A stretch of 64,000 nt of DNA, from assembly GCA_951406725.2 (NCBI GenBank), contig OX597837.1, positions 47,678,001 to 47,742,000 on the forward strand, in the 5' to 3' direction. This DNA comes from Octopus vulgaris. Its lineage: Eukaryota. The notes below the pieces were generated by a model. That model made no database searches. It was not told where the DNA came from and saw only the letters and a list, made by a program, of their open reading frames with translations. This document shows positions 25,401 to 38,096 of this stretch, in pieces (positions within the stretch are counted from its first letter, which is position 1; each line of letters begins with the position of its first letter). A program made the position numbers and the translations under genes.

Positions 25401-26918
25401 CTTCTCAGTTTTCTCTCCCCAGCCCCTCCCCCTCCAAAGACATCACCACCAGCCTTCACCCTTTCTATCTAACGGTTTTTATTTGTTTCTTGTTTGATAT
25501 TTTTTTTAAATAGTGAAGCAAGAGAGAGAAAATGTGGAGAGGGGGGGGCCTTGATTTATTCAACCTCTCTCACACCATCATCGCATGTGTTCACTTGTCA
25601 TCCTTGCAGACACAAGTTGATAAAGTTGTCTTTGTGGTCCAAGTCTGTTCTTATTCAGAATTCCTATCTTAGAGATGTCAAAGAACCACATCACGTTCAT
25701 GTTTGTTTTTTTCTAACTTTGTTTCTGTGGCTGGATACACTTCCTGTCATCAACCTCTTTACAAAGTGTATTTTATTATGACAACAGCACTAGAGAGGTT
25801 GACTTGGACCCAGCAACACTAAAGAGTTCTCTCTGACTTAGATTCACTCACCAACAACTTTTCAGAATGTACTGGGGGCATGTGTATACACATGGATCCA
25901 TGTGTATACACATGGATCCATGTGTGGTAGGGACTTTTTTCCTGTTCTCCTTCTCTTTTGCAAATTACTTGACAACCTTATTAGCGTCTATGGCACAAAA
26001 AGAATGCACCCAGTTTATACTTTAAGGTGGTTGGCATTCAGAATGGCTGTAGAAACCAAGCCAAAGATGCTGTTGGAGTTTAATGCAACTCATTGGGTCC
26101 TGTCAAACCATCCCACATGGAAACCAGACATTAAACTTTTTCTTCGTCCCTCTCCCTTCAACCTTTTCACTTCTTCCTTTGAAGTGTGACACTCACCACA
26201 GGTACATACAAAAACAAAAAAAAAATAAGCATATTAATATTATTGATAATGATGAAACTGTTTAATCTTTCCTTTTGACATTGAAGCTAGTTTCTCATCA
26301 CCATTTCTATTTCGTATTTCTTTTTAGGATTTCAACATCAATGAGGTCTCCACTGATGTCTTAAGAAATAATTTTATGTCAGGTTTGTCATGTTTAGAGA
26401 TTTACCTGTTTGCTTTCCTTTCTTTTGTTTTATTTATTTTTTCATTTCCTTCCCCTCACCCTTCAAAAAGATAAACTTTGAGAATAAATATCTGCATTGA
26501 GTTATCATTTAATAGGATAATTTTGGCAACTACTAGCAGACATTAGAGCCCAGCTTAGCTCTCTGCCTTGCCAGCTCTTGCCAAACCATCCAACGCATGC
26601 CAGCATGGAGAGTAGATGGTGATTAACCTCCTCCCAAGAGATAGAATATTTGAAAAATCTTTGCACTAAGATGTTGTCAGTAAGGTGAGGATTACTAATG
26701 ATATGCGGGGGAAACCTAGTATTAGAAGAGGTATCCTTCAAGTCTCCGTCTCTCTCTCTCTCTCTCTACCCTTTCCACACACAAACACACCTCTGTTTAT
26801 TAAAATTGTCCAGACCCTGTCTCAATCTGCTTGTGACTAAAATAGTCACCTAGAATAATTTATGAAAGTATGGCACATGCTACTGTGCCAATCTTTGTTG
26901 CAAATAACGGTTTGTATG

Positions 26919-26957
<39 letters not shown>

Positions 26958-29810
26958 ATATATATATGAGAGAGAGAGCAATAAGAAAATGGAGGGGATC
27001 AATGGGTAATTCATCAACTTTTAGACATTATATTAACTTATTTATTTATTTACTAAACTGACAATTACAAGAATATACATACATGTATAACAGATTATGC
27101 TTTACATATAAGATATAAAATATATAAAGATATAAAGATACTAGTAATTATTACAATATTACATACAGTAATATTACAATAACATACATGAATATAAATT
27201 GGGAAAATAACTTACAGCTGTTTCAGCCAAGAGGCAAAAATACCTCATTTTACCTTTATTACTCAAGTTGGATAGATATTATCCCTTAGTTGGTTGGATT
27301 CACAACCTCTAACTTTCTTGGAGTTATATATATATATATATACATACACATACATACATAATATATATATATACACACATACATAATATATATATATATA
27401 TGTATGTATATATATAGGGTGCAGTGAATATATTGTCATCTAGGTTATGCAAAAATGAAAATAACTGACATCTCATTTTAAAATATATATTTACCAAAAT
27501 TACATAAAAATTTATTCAATGAAATTGCCATTGGCTTCAACCATGGCCTTCAAACAACTTTAGAATCTCCTGCAACTCTTCTGAGCAGTCTCCTTGTTTA
27601 AGTTGGTGAATCCTTGCCTTCAGTTCATCCTTGCTGTTACAAGGAGTTTTGTTGGTCCCTTGTTCAAGGGGGTTGCAGTCTGGGGAGTTAGGTAGCCAGA
27701 TGTGGTCAGAGAAATTGTCTGACAATCATAACTGGGTTCTCCTGCTTGTGTGGTATGGGGCAGGGTCCTGCTGTCAAACATAGGGTCTTCCAGCAGTCAC
27801 CCTCTTCACCAGAGCAACACTACCTCCTCCAGACACTTGATGTAGGCCTTCATATTGAGTCTGAGGCCATGTGGGAAGATGAATGGAGGCATAACATCAC
27901 ATCACTAGTGATCACTCCAAATACCATGATGTTGATTGGTTATTTGGTTTTTATCATGCTTGGTACATGTTTTGGGGACACAGCAAGCCAACGGTTGTTC
28001 CGTATGATTACCATTTGTTCATACTGGAGTTTCTGACACGAATACCAAGCAGTACAGCATGTTGTTTGCAAATTTCTGGCTGACTGATTTGCATAATGAT
28101 GCTGTTTTTCTCACAGACAGTGCCCAACTGGCCCTACCATGCCCTGCAGTCGACAAAAACAAACAATGCGCATGCATGAAATTAAAAACATAAAATGGCA
28201 ATAATTTATCCATCGCACCCTGTAAATATATATAATGTGATCAGCTTGGAAAATTGTTCCAATAACAAGATATTTTATTAATATGAAACCAATGGTAGCC
28301 TTTATACACAAAAAAGAAATTTTATCCTCTCTGGTGGTAGTGATTACTCCTTCTCCTTGTTTGACATTTACGTATTTATATATAGATAGATAGATATGTT
28401 TGTCTGTATGTGAATAAATGAGCTTCTGCATAGTTTCCATCTCCCAAATTCTCCAGAAAGATCGATCAAGCCACGTCTGCTGCATGAGAACTATACAGTT
28501 AAGCGACAGTTGATGGAGTAATGCAAGGAAATTTCTCAGTTTAACCTGTTTTACTATAGAACATGTTACCAAGGGGTGGCATGCCCTAGGATTGAACCCT
28601 GAACTACATGGTTGCCAAGTGAATGTTTAGATACACATAGCCCTGCTTGCCTCTGTATATTTATTTTTCTATTTTGCAGGTTACATGATGTTTGGCGCTG
28701 GGTTGACAGTGGGGTTGTGCAACCTTGCCTGTGGGATGTGTGTGGGTATTGTTGGCTCTGGAGCTGCGTTGGCAGATGCTCAAGATGCCAGCCTCTTTGT
28801 CAAGATTCTCATTGTGGAGATTTTTGGTAGTGCCATCGGTTTGTTTGGTGTCATTGTAGGAATTTTACAGGTCAGTAAGACTTTGTTTTATATATTCTAC
28901 CCCAGCATATGTAGGGAGCTTCTAACCCCAATCTTTACTTCTTCTTCACAGTTCCTTTACTGTTATAAAAGGTTGAAAAATAACATGTAACACACTGGGG
29001 GTTGATACAATCAACTTAACAACTTTGTGTACATACCAGTAATACTCTAGGGATCATTACCATCAACTTGTTTGATTCCCCAGTGATTCTGCTGCCCTTT
29101 CAATAGTTGTTTCTAATAAAGACACAAGACAAGGACGAAGGACCTTAATCAATGTCATTAACTTCACCCACTCATCAGTATTTGTGTTCTTTGGCCCAAG
29201 GTCAATTTTAAACCAGCTGACCTGTTATAAAGAGTATATCCTGCCTTATTTCCACACATACTAAAATTGGACTAAATTATCTAATTTTCCAACTACAGTA
29301 GGCTGCGACTAGAAATATATTTGGCTGCTATGTTTAGCATGTTATTGGAGCAGATAACATCAATTGTGGTTGTTTAGCCTTTGGTCTGCCCTGATCCAGA
29401 AGACCTGGGATCAAAGACATTTCACCCTGTCTGTTGTTGAGATAACTTTATATTGGAAACTCCACAAAATATTGTTCCATTTTTTAACAAGGGATTTGAG
29501 GGAAATTTGACTGCTGTTTCTTTAGGACAGGAAGCAAGCTTGTAATATTGTTAATTCTGTGAACCAGTTTCATTTCTATGTTAAAATCACTTCTGTTTTA
29601 TCTTGAGGTAAGGCATGCCTATCACATCATAGACTTGAGTGTGTATCCTTTTATCTGAACTTTGTCGTAAGTTTTGCTTCAATTAATCATGCAATTAACA
29701 TAAAATATTAATTTTGCTTGGAAAGTTAGATTAATCATTTAATTAATGTGTAATTTCTTTTGTTGTTTTGTTTGTTGCAGACCTCCAGAGCGAAGATGAC
29801 CACTACCTAA
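12045..29810 (+). CDS. ATP6V0B: V-type proton ATPase 21 kDa proteolipid subunit c'' (7 exons, complete)
   Basis: Exons 12045-12138, 20833-20881, 22516-22599, 25200-25347, 26328-26382, 28680-28870 and 29781-29810 are all GT-AG and phase-compatible. Translation includes [61 protein letters not shown] and [73 protein letters not shown]. Confidence 0.97.
14130..14490 (-). mobile_element. SINE with CATCC..GGGGTCGATAAA..GTACCAG central domain (internally duplicated)
   Basis: The motif GACCCC..AGGATGAAAGGCAAAGTCGACC..GAATTTGAACTC recurs at about 780-896, 10165-10380, 22750-22860, 31165-31295, 38595-38800 and 41975-42165. Confidence 0.8.
15675..15738 (+). ncRNA. Type I hammerhead ribozyme-like motif with mutated cleavage triplet
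   Basis: Stem I TAGAGT/ACTCTA, core CTGATGA, stem II (A)CGTCC/GGATG(C), GAAA, short stem III CC-ATT-GG, then AC where UH is expected. Confidence 0.55.
15770..16146 (+). mobile_element. Two tandem RTE-tail retroposon copies ending in (GAT)n
   Basis: GGCGTTAGGAAGGGCATCCAGC...CCGTCCAACCCATGCTAGCATGG...(GAT)n. The same family occurs at 1-370, 3848-4055, 53855-54147 and 63543-63735. Confidence 0.85.
16176..17386. repeat. ~500-bp inverted repeat with 28-bp internal tandem repeats
   Basis: 16176-16680 versus 16896-17386 reverse complement. Internal unit is GGTCATAATAGAGAGGTCACGTGGATGT, and the element is flanked by (TA)n. Confidence 0.9.
19680..20250 (-). mobile_element. Degenerate RTE/BovB-like LINE fragment
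   Basis: ORF 19697-20083 ([13 protein letters not shown]...KAMVY...LLHSEIWT...LERLHQKY) resembles RTE ORF2 C-terminal to RT. Confidence 0.7.
20833..20881 (+). CDS. ATP6V0B: ATP6V0B exon 2
   Basis: TTAG|GT TTA TAT...GCA TG|GTAAGT, 49 nt, [16 protein letters not shown]. Confidence 0.9.
22516..22599 (+). CDS. ATP6V0B: ATP6V0B exon 3
   Basis: CTAG|G CTT...GCT TG|GTAAGT, 84 nt. Confidence 0.95.
23958..24283 (+). mobile_element. tRNA-derived SINE (older copy)
   Basis: TGGCTCAGTGGTTAG...GAGTTCGATTCC head, with a 3' part shared with 57110-57260. Confidence 0.8.
25200..25347 (+). CDS. ATP6V0B: ATP6V0B exon 4
   Basis: 148 nt, [37 protein letters not shown]. Confidence 0.96.
26328..26382 (+). CDS. 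ATP6V0B: ATP6V0B exon 5
   Basis: TTTAG|GAT TTC...TCA G|GTTTGT, 55 nt, lumenal loop. Confidence 0.88.
27415..28222 (-). mobile_element. Tc1/mariner (DD37D/maT-like) deleted element
   Basis: TA-flanked TIRs (C/T)AGGGTGC...GCACCCTG and a degenerate transposase with [11 protein letters not shown]. Confidence 0.85.
28680..28870 (+). CDS. ATP6V0B: ATP6V0B exon 6
   Basis: 191 nt, FGAGLTVG...[19 protein letters not shown]. Confidence 0.97.
29781..29810 (+). CDS. ATP6V0B: ATP6V0B exon 7 (terminal)
   Basis: TGCAG|ACC TCC AGA GCG AAG ATG ACC ACT ACC TAA. Confidence 0.93.
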   Translation, partial: TSRAKMTTT

Positions 29811-30303
29811 GTCTGTTGTTGACTTTAAACAGTTGACCATTTGTGGTCAGATTTTACACAGTCTTAATGATAGACGCTGCCAACATCATTATCTTGTTAA
29901 TGTGTTTGTGTGTGTTTTTTTGGTTTTTGTTCTGTTGTCAGTTCTTCCATCAATCATTGCTGTTCTTAGGCTTTCCAAGTCTCTTCTTCTCTCTCCCGGT
30001 CCCCACCTTCACTTCAGCTTCGATGAGGATGCAGTTGTTTCCTCCTCCTCCCCCCATTCCCTTATTCTTCAGATTCTTCTTAACTGCTGTCAACTCCTCC
30101 TCAATATCACAGGCGAGATTCCTTCAACGTTTTGCAGCCCAACAAAACACAATTCAAACATCCTTCATCTTTTCTTGTTTCCAGTAGTCTTACGGTTGCT
30201 ATGGTGTTGGCAGTTTCATAAACCTGGTCAGAACTTGCAGACTAAACATGATCAATAATAATAATAGTAATAATAATGTTGACAAACTGTGGAAACGAAT
30301 GTC

Positions 30304-30347
<44 letters not shown>

Positions 30348-32712
30348 ATGGGTTGGGGTAAGTATCTCTCTATCATGCGAGTCTGTTTCAGTTGGTTTTC
30401 CAGACAAATTTTCTTGGCTAAACTGCGACATAATTACATTTTAATTAGTTTAATATAATTTCTCTTAAGATGTTTAGTCTTGTACTCACACCTTCAGAAC
30501 ACGACAATTACACACTGAAGACATCTGCAACACAGTTGCACACACACACACACACACACACATGTATGCAGCATAGCCAAATATATATATACATATACAC
30601 AGCCTTGTATATACATAGCAACACACACGTCTCTCTCTCTATGTACGTATATATACATACATACATATATACACACAGCATAATCACACACTACTAAGTA
30701 AAATAATTTAAGAGTGATTCCTGTATTTCTCCAAGTTAATTTGGCTGCTAGAGATTTTTTTCTTTACCTCTCCCATTTTGTGTGTGTGTGTGTGTGAAAT
30801 TATAGATTTGTGAAAGTTTGAAAACCTGTTTAAACATTTTCTGAAGACTTGTTACACAAAGAAATTCCTTTCCAGTGAGTTTTTACAGTTCAAAGACCAT
30901 TTTGACATTCCAAACTTGATTTCATTGGAATCAGTTGATGTCTTTTGTTTGTTAAATTTTATTTTAGTTTTTTTGATTGTTTTGTTTTTCATTTTGGATA
31001 AAGCAGAAAAATTTTGAGTGCAAAAGAAAAGAAAAAGAAATAAAATGTTGTTTTCGTTACTGTTGGTGTTGTTGTTGTTATTTTTAAGAAAGCAGCAAAC
31101 TGTCTGAATGGTTGATGCCTTGGACAAAAGGCTTACAATGTGAAGAGCTGGAAGAAATGCTGCCAAGGTGAACTTTGCCTTTCATCCTTTTGAAGTCAAT
31201 AAAATAAGTACCAGTTGTGTATTGGGGGTTGATGTAATCGACTTACCCCTTGCCCACTAAAATTGCTGGTTTTCTGTCAAAACTTGAAGCTGTTATTTTT
31301 AAGATAAAGGAAAGCGGGATCTGAACTCCTTCAAGATTAGTGAGATCCCTGTTAATATTCTGCTGTTTTGTCAACAGAAAAGACAGGGGTAAAGAAGGAA
31401 CTTTATTGAGAATCTGTAATTATTACAGGCGAAAGTGTTTTCTGACCCTGAAGAGAAGGGCCAGTATTATAGATGAAGTCTTATGTTAAGAATGTGTTGT
31501 TTTTGCCCCCAAAAGAGATTCTTGGAGACGGAACAGAATGCTGGTCCATGTTATGTCTTCTGTCTCCAGAGCAAACAAGACATAGAGCACTCCACAGCTC
31601 AATCCATTTAACTGTTGGAGACCATATCGTCCTTACTGACCTTTTTCGGGTCCACAGCTCCTCATATAATTGTAAGGGCATCCTCAAGACATACAGCATG
31701 TCTTGAACATCTTAAACCTGTTGGAATTCATTCCTAGCCAGGTGTGATTATAGTTGATTTCTTCCAGAGGTAGAACTAAATCAACCCAAGAAAGATGGAA
31801 AGCAAACTTGGCCTCAGGAATCCAAAGTGAATACCACCAGGTACTGTGTTCCATACTAGCAACTCAGCTTTATTAGAGGCAAGAAAGTAAATGGCAGCAC
31901 TTCTCCATCCTCTTCTGACACAGACATTTTCAAATAAACTTTTTAAGTTAAAGAGAAAAATGTAAAAAAAAATTTTTTAATAACCAACTTTTGTTTACAT
32001 TGTTTTATTAATTCTTGTCTCTAACCAAATTCTGAAGAACACATTTTTCAAGACATTCAAGCATTAGAATGGACTTTCTAAATATTCAAATTTTAATTTT
32101 AAAAATCCATGGCACACCATTTGTGAACCATTGGTTTATAGCAGTAATTACACAGGGGCTTCAACTACTTACAGAAACCCACTGAAAAATTAAAGTAAAA
32201 AGCTTGACAAGTGTTTCTTCTGGTTTCTTGTTTTGCATTCAACTTCCATCTTCACCTGTAAGGGAAAGTCACTTCTGGTTGGCTGTCATTCCATCCAGGA
32301 GATAAGAGAATCGATAAGCACAATTTAGTTTTCCTTTCCAATATCCTGCTAAACACTACAGAGAAAACATGGAATTCAGCCTGTTGTCCCTCTGTGTAGC
32401 CTGGATATTTGTGAAAAGGATTATCCCTATTTTTTTTCATTTTTATGCAGAGATATTTCAAGACAACTGAAGGAATGGATTAATGCAACAATAGCCAAGA
32501 ACACAGAAACACGAAAGACGTATGGTTCCTTTTTTTTTTTTTCTTTTTTTGCAATTGGGAAATTTCAAATTTTTCTTTAAATTAAGACAAGCAATACATT
32601 GTCATCTTTGAAATGTGTAGTTTATGACAAAAAAAAAAAAGATGAACAGTTTAGCCATGGAGGGAGAAAGAAGAATAAGATATTTGGATGGCATTAGTTG
32701 AGGTATTGATGG

Positions 32713-32743
<31 letters not shown>

Positions 32744-35700
32744 GGTGATGGTGACCGTAGGCAAAGGGGGAAGAGTAGATAATTCTTTCCTCTAAACAGG
32801 AGACAGATTGTATTCTTTTTTTATATTTCATTTGTTTTTGTGGTGGTTGTTGTTGGGCTTAATGTTATTTTTTTGTATTTCTGACCCCCACCTATTTGTT
32901 GACATTTGTTTTCACAACCAATAATGATTGCTAACACAACCCCAAGAGCAGTAATTAATTAATTTAATCTGGCTGGTCTTTTAATTAATAAAGAGAAAGA
33001 CTAATATTGCTGAAAATTTAAACTTTGAACATAAAATGTTGATGTGGTTATAAAAGCAAAAAGTTTACTGCGATGAAGCCCCTTCCAGGATTCCACTGCC
33101 AAGGGAAGCTTCTCCATGTTGGTCTGGCCCGATAGAAACAGCAGCTAAACCTGCCTCAGATCAGAGGCTATTGACTTAGAGAGTAAAATTAGATAATATA
33201 GTTCCTAAATAGACAAAAGAAGAAAACAGATAGTCATGGTTGGATTGCCTTTGATGTCAAAGTCTGCTGGATCAGGACTAACTAGGGGCTAGACAACACC
33301 CTGATGAGGAGAGGAGAGACACTTAACAACCACCATCACCAAGTAATGTCTTTGGAAGGCAACAGGGGGTCCCTTCCAACTCGTTATAAAATAGCAGCCA
33401 AATCTCCCTCAAAGCACACAGAAGGATACTTTGAACATTTATGGCCCAAGATATAGAAACAAGACTGGATGGTCATGCTTGGAATGTCTCTGATCGTACA
33501 ACTGAATCAGAGCTGACCTGGGGCTAATTAATAACTGAAGTGACTGGCTGGATTGTTTAACACCACCACTCCAGCCCCTCCTCAGAGGATCCACATTTAA
33601 TAGAAAATAAATAATTCTGGAGAGGACTGAACGTAGAATGTGGAGGTTATGATAGAAAATACAATTATGGTGCTTAGACTGGTACCTGTTCTCTCACTTA
33701 GGAGGGGGGGGTCCTCAGAACTGAAGACTTGACTCAATATTTAAGTTAACCCTTTATCATTCTGAGTTGAAACTCTGTTAAGGTCAATTTGACATTTCGT
33801 CCTTTGAGGGTTGAGAAAATGAAGTACCATTCAAATACTTGGAATTGATTAAATTACACGTTACTTGTTCCTCCTCCTCCTTGGGCTATTATTAGGGCAG
33901 TGAAATGGCAGAGTTGGTAGAACATTGAATGAATTGTGTTGCTGAATTTATTCTAGCCTTCCAAGTTCAATTCTCATTGACACCAACTTTGTCTTTCACC
34001 TTTCTGAGGTCAGAAAACTAAAAAGTAGTCTAGGGTGGCAAACTGGCAGAATCATTAGAACACCAGACTGGATATTTTGTGTTCTAAGTTCAAATCCTGC
34101 CGTGTCTGCTTAAGAGATAGACTTAATCCATTACCCAGGGTTACACCACACTAGCTGTTACCTCTGACAACAGAGTGAACTAAAGGTGCCTAAATATTGC
34201 AATTCATTTTGTCTGACATTCTAATGAGTCTACTGATCCACTATTCTTGCACAGGTATTTCGTTCTGTTCTCTCTGATACCATCACCACCCCATTCCAGA
34301 TTCACCAGGGTGAACAAAACTCCTGATGGTGGACGTGTACATTTGTGTGATCAATCGCCTCAAAGGTATTGGCCATTAACACCCTGGTGAAGGAAAAAAT
34401 AAATGTCTGTCTACATGTAATACAGGTGAGTATATACTTTGCATTTTGAAGAGAACTGCATCAAACATGCAACACCGAAACAAGAAACCATTTCGTTATC
34501 AAAAGTCTCTTCAAATATTCAACTTGTAACTGAGTTTGTCGATCTAGAGCTGGTTTTGTTAGCTACATGTGGATACATGAACTAAAGCTATAAATCTTTG
34601 TCGCTTTAAAGAACATACGTTGTCTTGCTGTTGAGGGTCTGAAGAGACACATGTTTACACAATGCCTGGTGCCATGATTCTGCAGTGCATTTAACTGAGA
34701 AGAGACAATTGTTGCAAAGGATGTTACCAACTGGGCCAACAGCTCAGCTTTGCTTTGCAGCTCATTAATGAAGTAGTCATATTTATTAACAAACTGATGT
34801 CTATCATTTCCAGCCAGGATTTGAACTCGGAATGTAAAGGAATGGAAAGCAGACACTGTGAAATGCATTTAGTCCAAGTTCCAAAACTGAAGACAACATT
34901 AATTTCTACTGAACTTTGTACATGATGAACTTACACACTTGGAGAGGAGGACAAGGTAGACGGAACAGCCAAACAAATCTATCATCCTGTACCCCAGTAT
35001 ATAACTGGTACTGATTTATCTCAAGTCTGGAAGGATGAATGGTGAAGTTGAGTGTGGAAGAACTTGAACACAGGAGGGAAAGTGTTCAAAACGAAATCGC
35101 TTGGGTGCTCCACCAAATTCTATTATTCAATTGCCATCACAACATCGAGGAAATATTTATGAGAATTGGACTTGTGTGTGTGTGATTTCCAAATTCCCAC
35201 CTACACTGGAAGGAATTGATTTTGAAGTCTGGGTCAATATTGGATTGTCTTTTTTTTTTTTGTTCTTTTTCTCTCTGTGTTATTAAATTAGTGTTTGTGT
35301 TAACACATTAATGTGGCTGTGTTCCCATTATCACAGTGTGTTTGCATTAAGATATTAATGTGTACCTGTGTTAACACATTAGTGTGGTTCTGTTGACCAG
35401 CAGTGGAGGTCAGGTGGAATGGTTTATACCAACATTAGAGTCACTGATTGCTGTGGAGTGTGTAAGAATAATCAGGGTATTTACCCAAACCAATGATGTA
35501 CTGATTGTCCTTTAGTTGTGTGGAACATGGATAAGGACATTCATTAAAGACAAGGTTGGTGTTGTACAGTTGCTGGCGGCTGGAAGTAACCCAGGGTCTA
35601 CATTTAGGACGTTTTATCGGAGCAAATATCTTGTAGCACCTTGCTATGTAGTGTAGTGTGTTGGCTGCGGACAAGTTTGAGCAGAGGCCATGCTGTACAG

Positions 35701-35840
35701 TATGTAGGGGATCGGAACGACTGGGAGCCAGGTTAAACCTGAGAGATGAGCAAAGAAGGAATTGTAAATGGAGTCAGCATGTGTGCAATATTGAGACGGG
35801 ATTTGGATGAATCTCGGTGGAGCCGAGACGGGGAGAATGT

Positions 35841-35931
35841 TTAATCTGAACCAATATTGGAATTGGTTGTGGAATCATCAAAGTAAACGTATATCACGCC
35901 AAAAGGATTTGTATCAACTTCAGCAGCTTCC
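35841..35931 (-). CDS. Terminal cytoplasmic-tail exon of FN3 membrane protein
   Basis: TTTCAG|G GAA GCT..., phase 2 matches the previous exon, stop TAA at 35843-35841. Confidence 0.7.
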
Positions 35932-38062
35932 CTGAAAGAGAGAGAGAAAAATGATAATAATAATTCACAGAGTACATACTCTCCACACTCACCAATACTA
36001 TAACATAAGCCAACACAGTCACCACCGAATGCTACAACACAGCCCAGAGTCCTGAGCTGATAAGTGATGGATTTAATCTGTCAGCCCTTTTAACACTACC
36101 ACCTGGTCCTTAGATATCTTTAAATGGAACCAACTTCATTCCTCCTTCCCTACCACCAGACTTGGAGAGATTGATAAACATGAATGCTTCCCTTTCCTTG
36201 CTTTAATAGGGAATTGTAAAAAAAAAAACATGTCCACAGAATACCAGAGACACAAAGGAAATGTATATGCATCTTCCTCCGGTCTATACCCTGCTCAGTT
36301 GAGGGGGTTTTATCTTGAGAATATTTAGCAACCTCACCAGTGCTGGGACCACATAAAAAGCACCCTTTGTACACACTGTGAAGCAGTTGACATTAGAAGG
36401 GACATCAAGCTTCACTGGTTCTTGCCAAACCATCTAACCGTGTCAGCATGGAAAAAAGGGCATTAAATAATGATGATGATGTGTAGCCATGCGTAAATTT
36501 GGAAGACAGGAACTGAGAAAAACCCATCGTGTGTGTCTGCTTGCGTTGATATCGCATGATAGTTGCAAACAAGTGTCACCATCGGCAAACTATTTGTTTC
36601 CAATCTTCTGTGAAAACATGTCCAGCCAAGAAGGAATATTGCTTTACTTGGAAACAGGTAAGGCTTGGTGACATGAAGAGCATCCAGCCACAGTAGAGAA
36701 TCTGTCTCAATGAATTTCATGGGATCCATGCAAGCACTGACGAGTAAACATCAAAGTAACGATGGTGGTATATATATTAGCTTGTTCCACTAGACTAGTT
36801 GAATAAGCTGACTAGTAAAACTTCACAATACACACACACACACACATATATATATACACATGCACAAACATACATATAGGCACATGTATATACACACACA
36901 CAATTAGTTTAATTAATGTGCATCAACACTGCTTTTCCGTTCATTGTTGGCACAGGATGGTGTGTAATGGGACATTTCTCAGTAAAACACATACTGCACC
37001 ATTTTGAATGAATATTCTTTATAACTGCACCATCTCGGAGCTTGTTCCCTCAAAGTTTCCTTCCTGGTGGCCGGTACTCACAGTCAACACACCCTCTTGC
37101 TAGCTTTATGGTCTTTATTCCCAGTGATCTTTCACTGACAGTTTTTGTGATAGTTAAATCCTCTACCCACTCACCCCTATATCATGGAGTTAGTAATTCA
37201 TACTAAAAATGAATACAAGATATAATGTAATGTTTCACAGGGTGAGTTCTTAGAAGCCAGGGGATTCCACAAGATAAAGGATCTTTTGATAAAAAAAAAA
37301 AGGCCATTCACCATTTTCAAAATAAATTATTTTATATTGCTTATCAGAATAGATTCTCTCTGAACAACAGTTTTGTGTCTTATTAAAAGTTGTGTCACAG
37401 AAAATGTAGGCAGAGGTTCTGGGATTTTGGAAAAGGATTCCATGACAAAATAAGTTGAAGAATAGCTGGTATAGGGAATAATTTGGTCCCAGGACCTCTC
37501 TACTGCCAGTGACATTAAAATATACCTAATCTGTAGCTGGTGACGTGAAAGACTTCCAACCATCAACACTATACTAAAAATAATACAGTTATACACCAAA
37601 ACAAAGATTGGAAGTTTTCTCTGTTGTATAATATCAGATGAAGAACCATGACAACAAGTAGAGTGTGAGAGGACAGCCATCTTCAGCGTGTCAGGGTGAA
37701 GCATAAAAATGAACAGACAAGACATATACACACAGCCACACAAACACATATATCTACATGTCTAGAGATCCACACACATGGACAGGTAAACAATACAAGC
37801 TGAAAATGTGCTCGACTAACCTCCTCACACCGCTACCACTATCCCCTACACTAGGCCGACCAGAATAGACTATTGGTACTCTCTCTCCTTCTCACACTAA
37901 AGAAAAAAATATATAAGAAAAAAAAACATAAAGAAAAATTAACAACTTGTGTTGCTAATGCACTTTTCAGAGAAACAGATGAACATCACAGCTTCACATA
38001 CATTCATATCTAGAAATAGAAAGTTTCACCTGACATAAGAAAGTCTTAGAATTATTAAACAC

Positions 38063-38096
<34 letters not shown>

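Noticed and set aside
29833-30258. Hydrophobic ORFs downstream of the ATP6V0B stop
   Set aside because: They lie in the presumptive low-complexity 3'UTR, have non-ATG starts and show no recognisable domain
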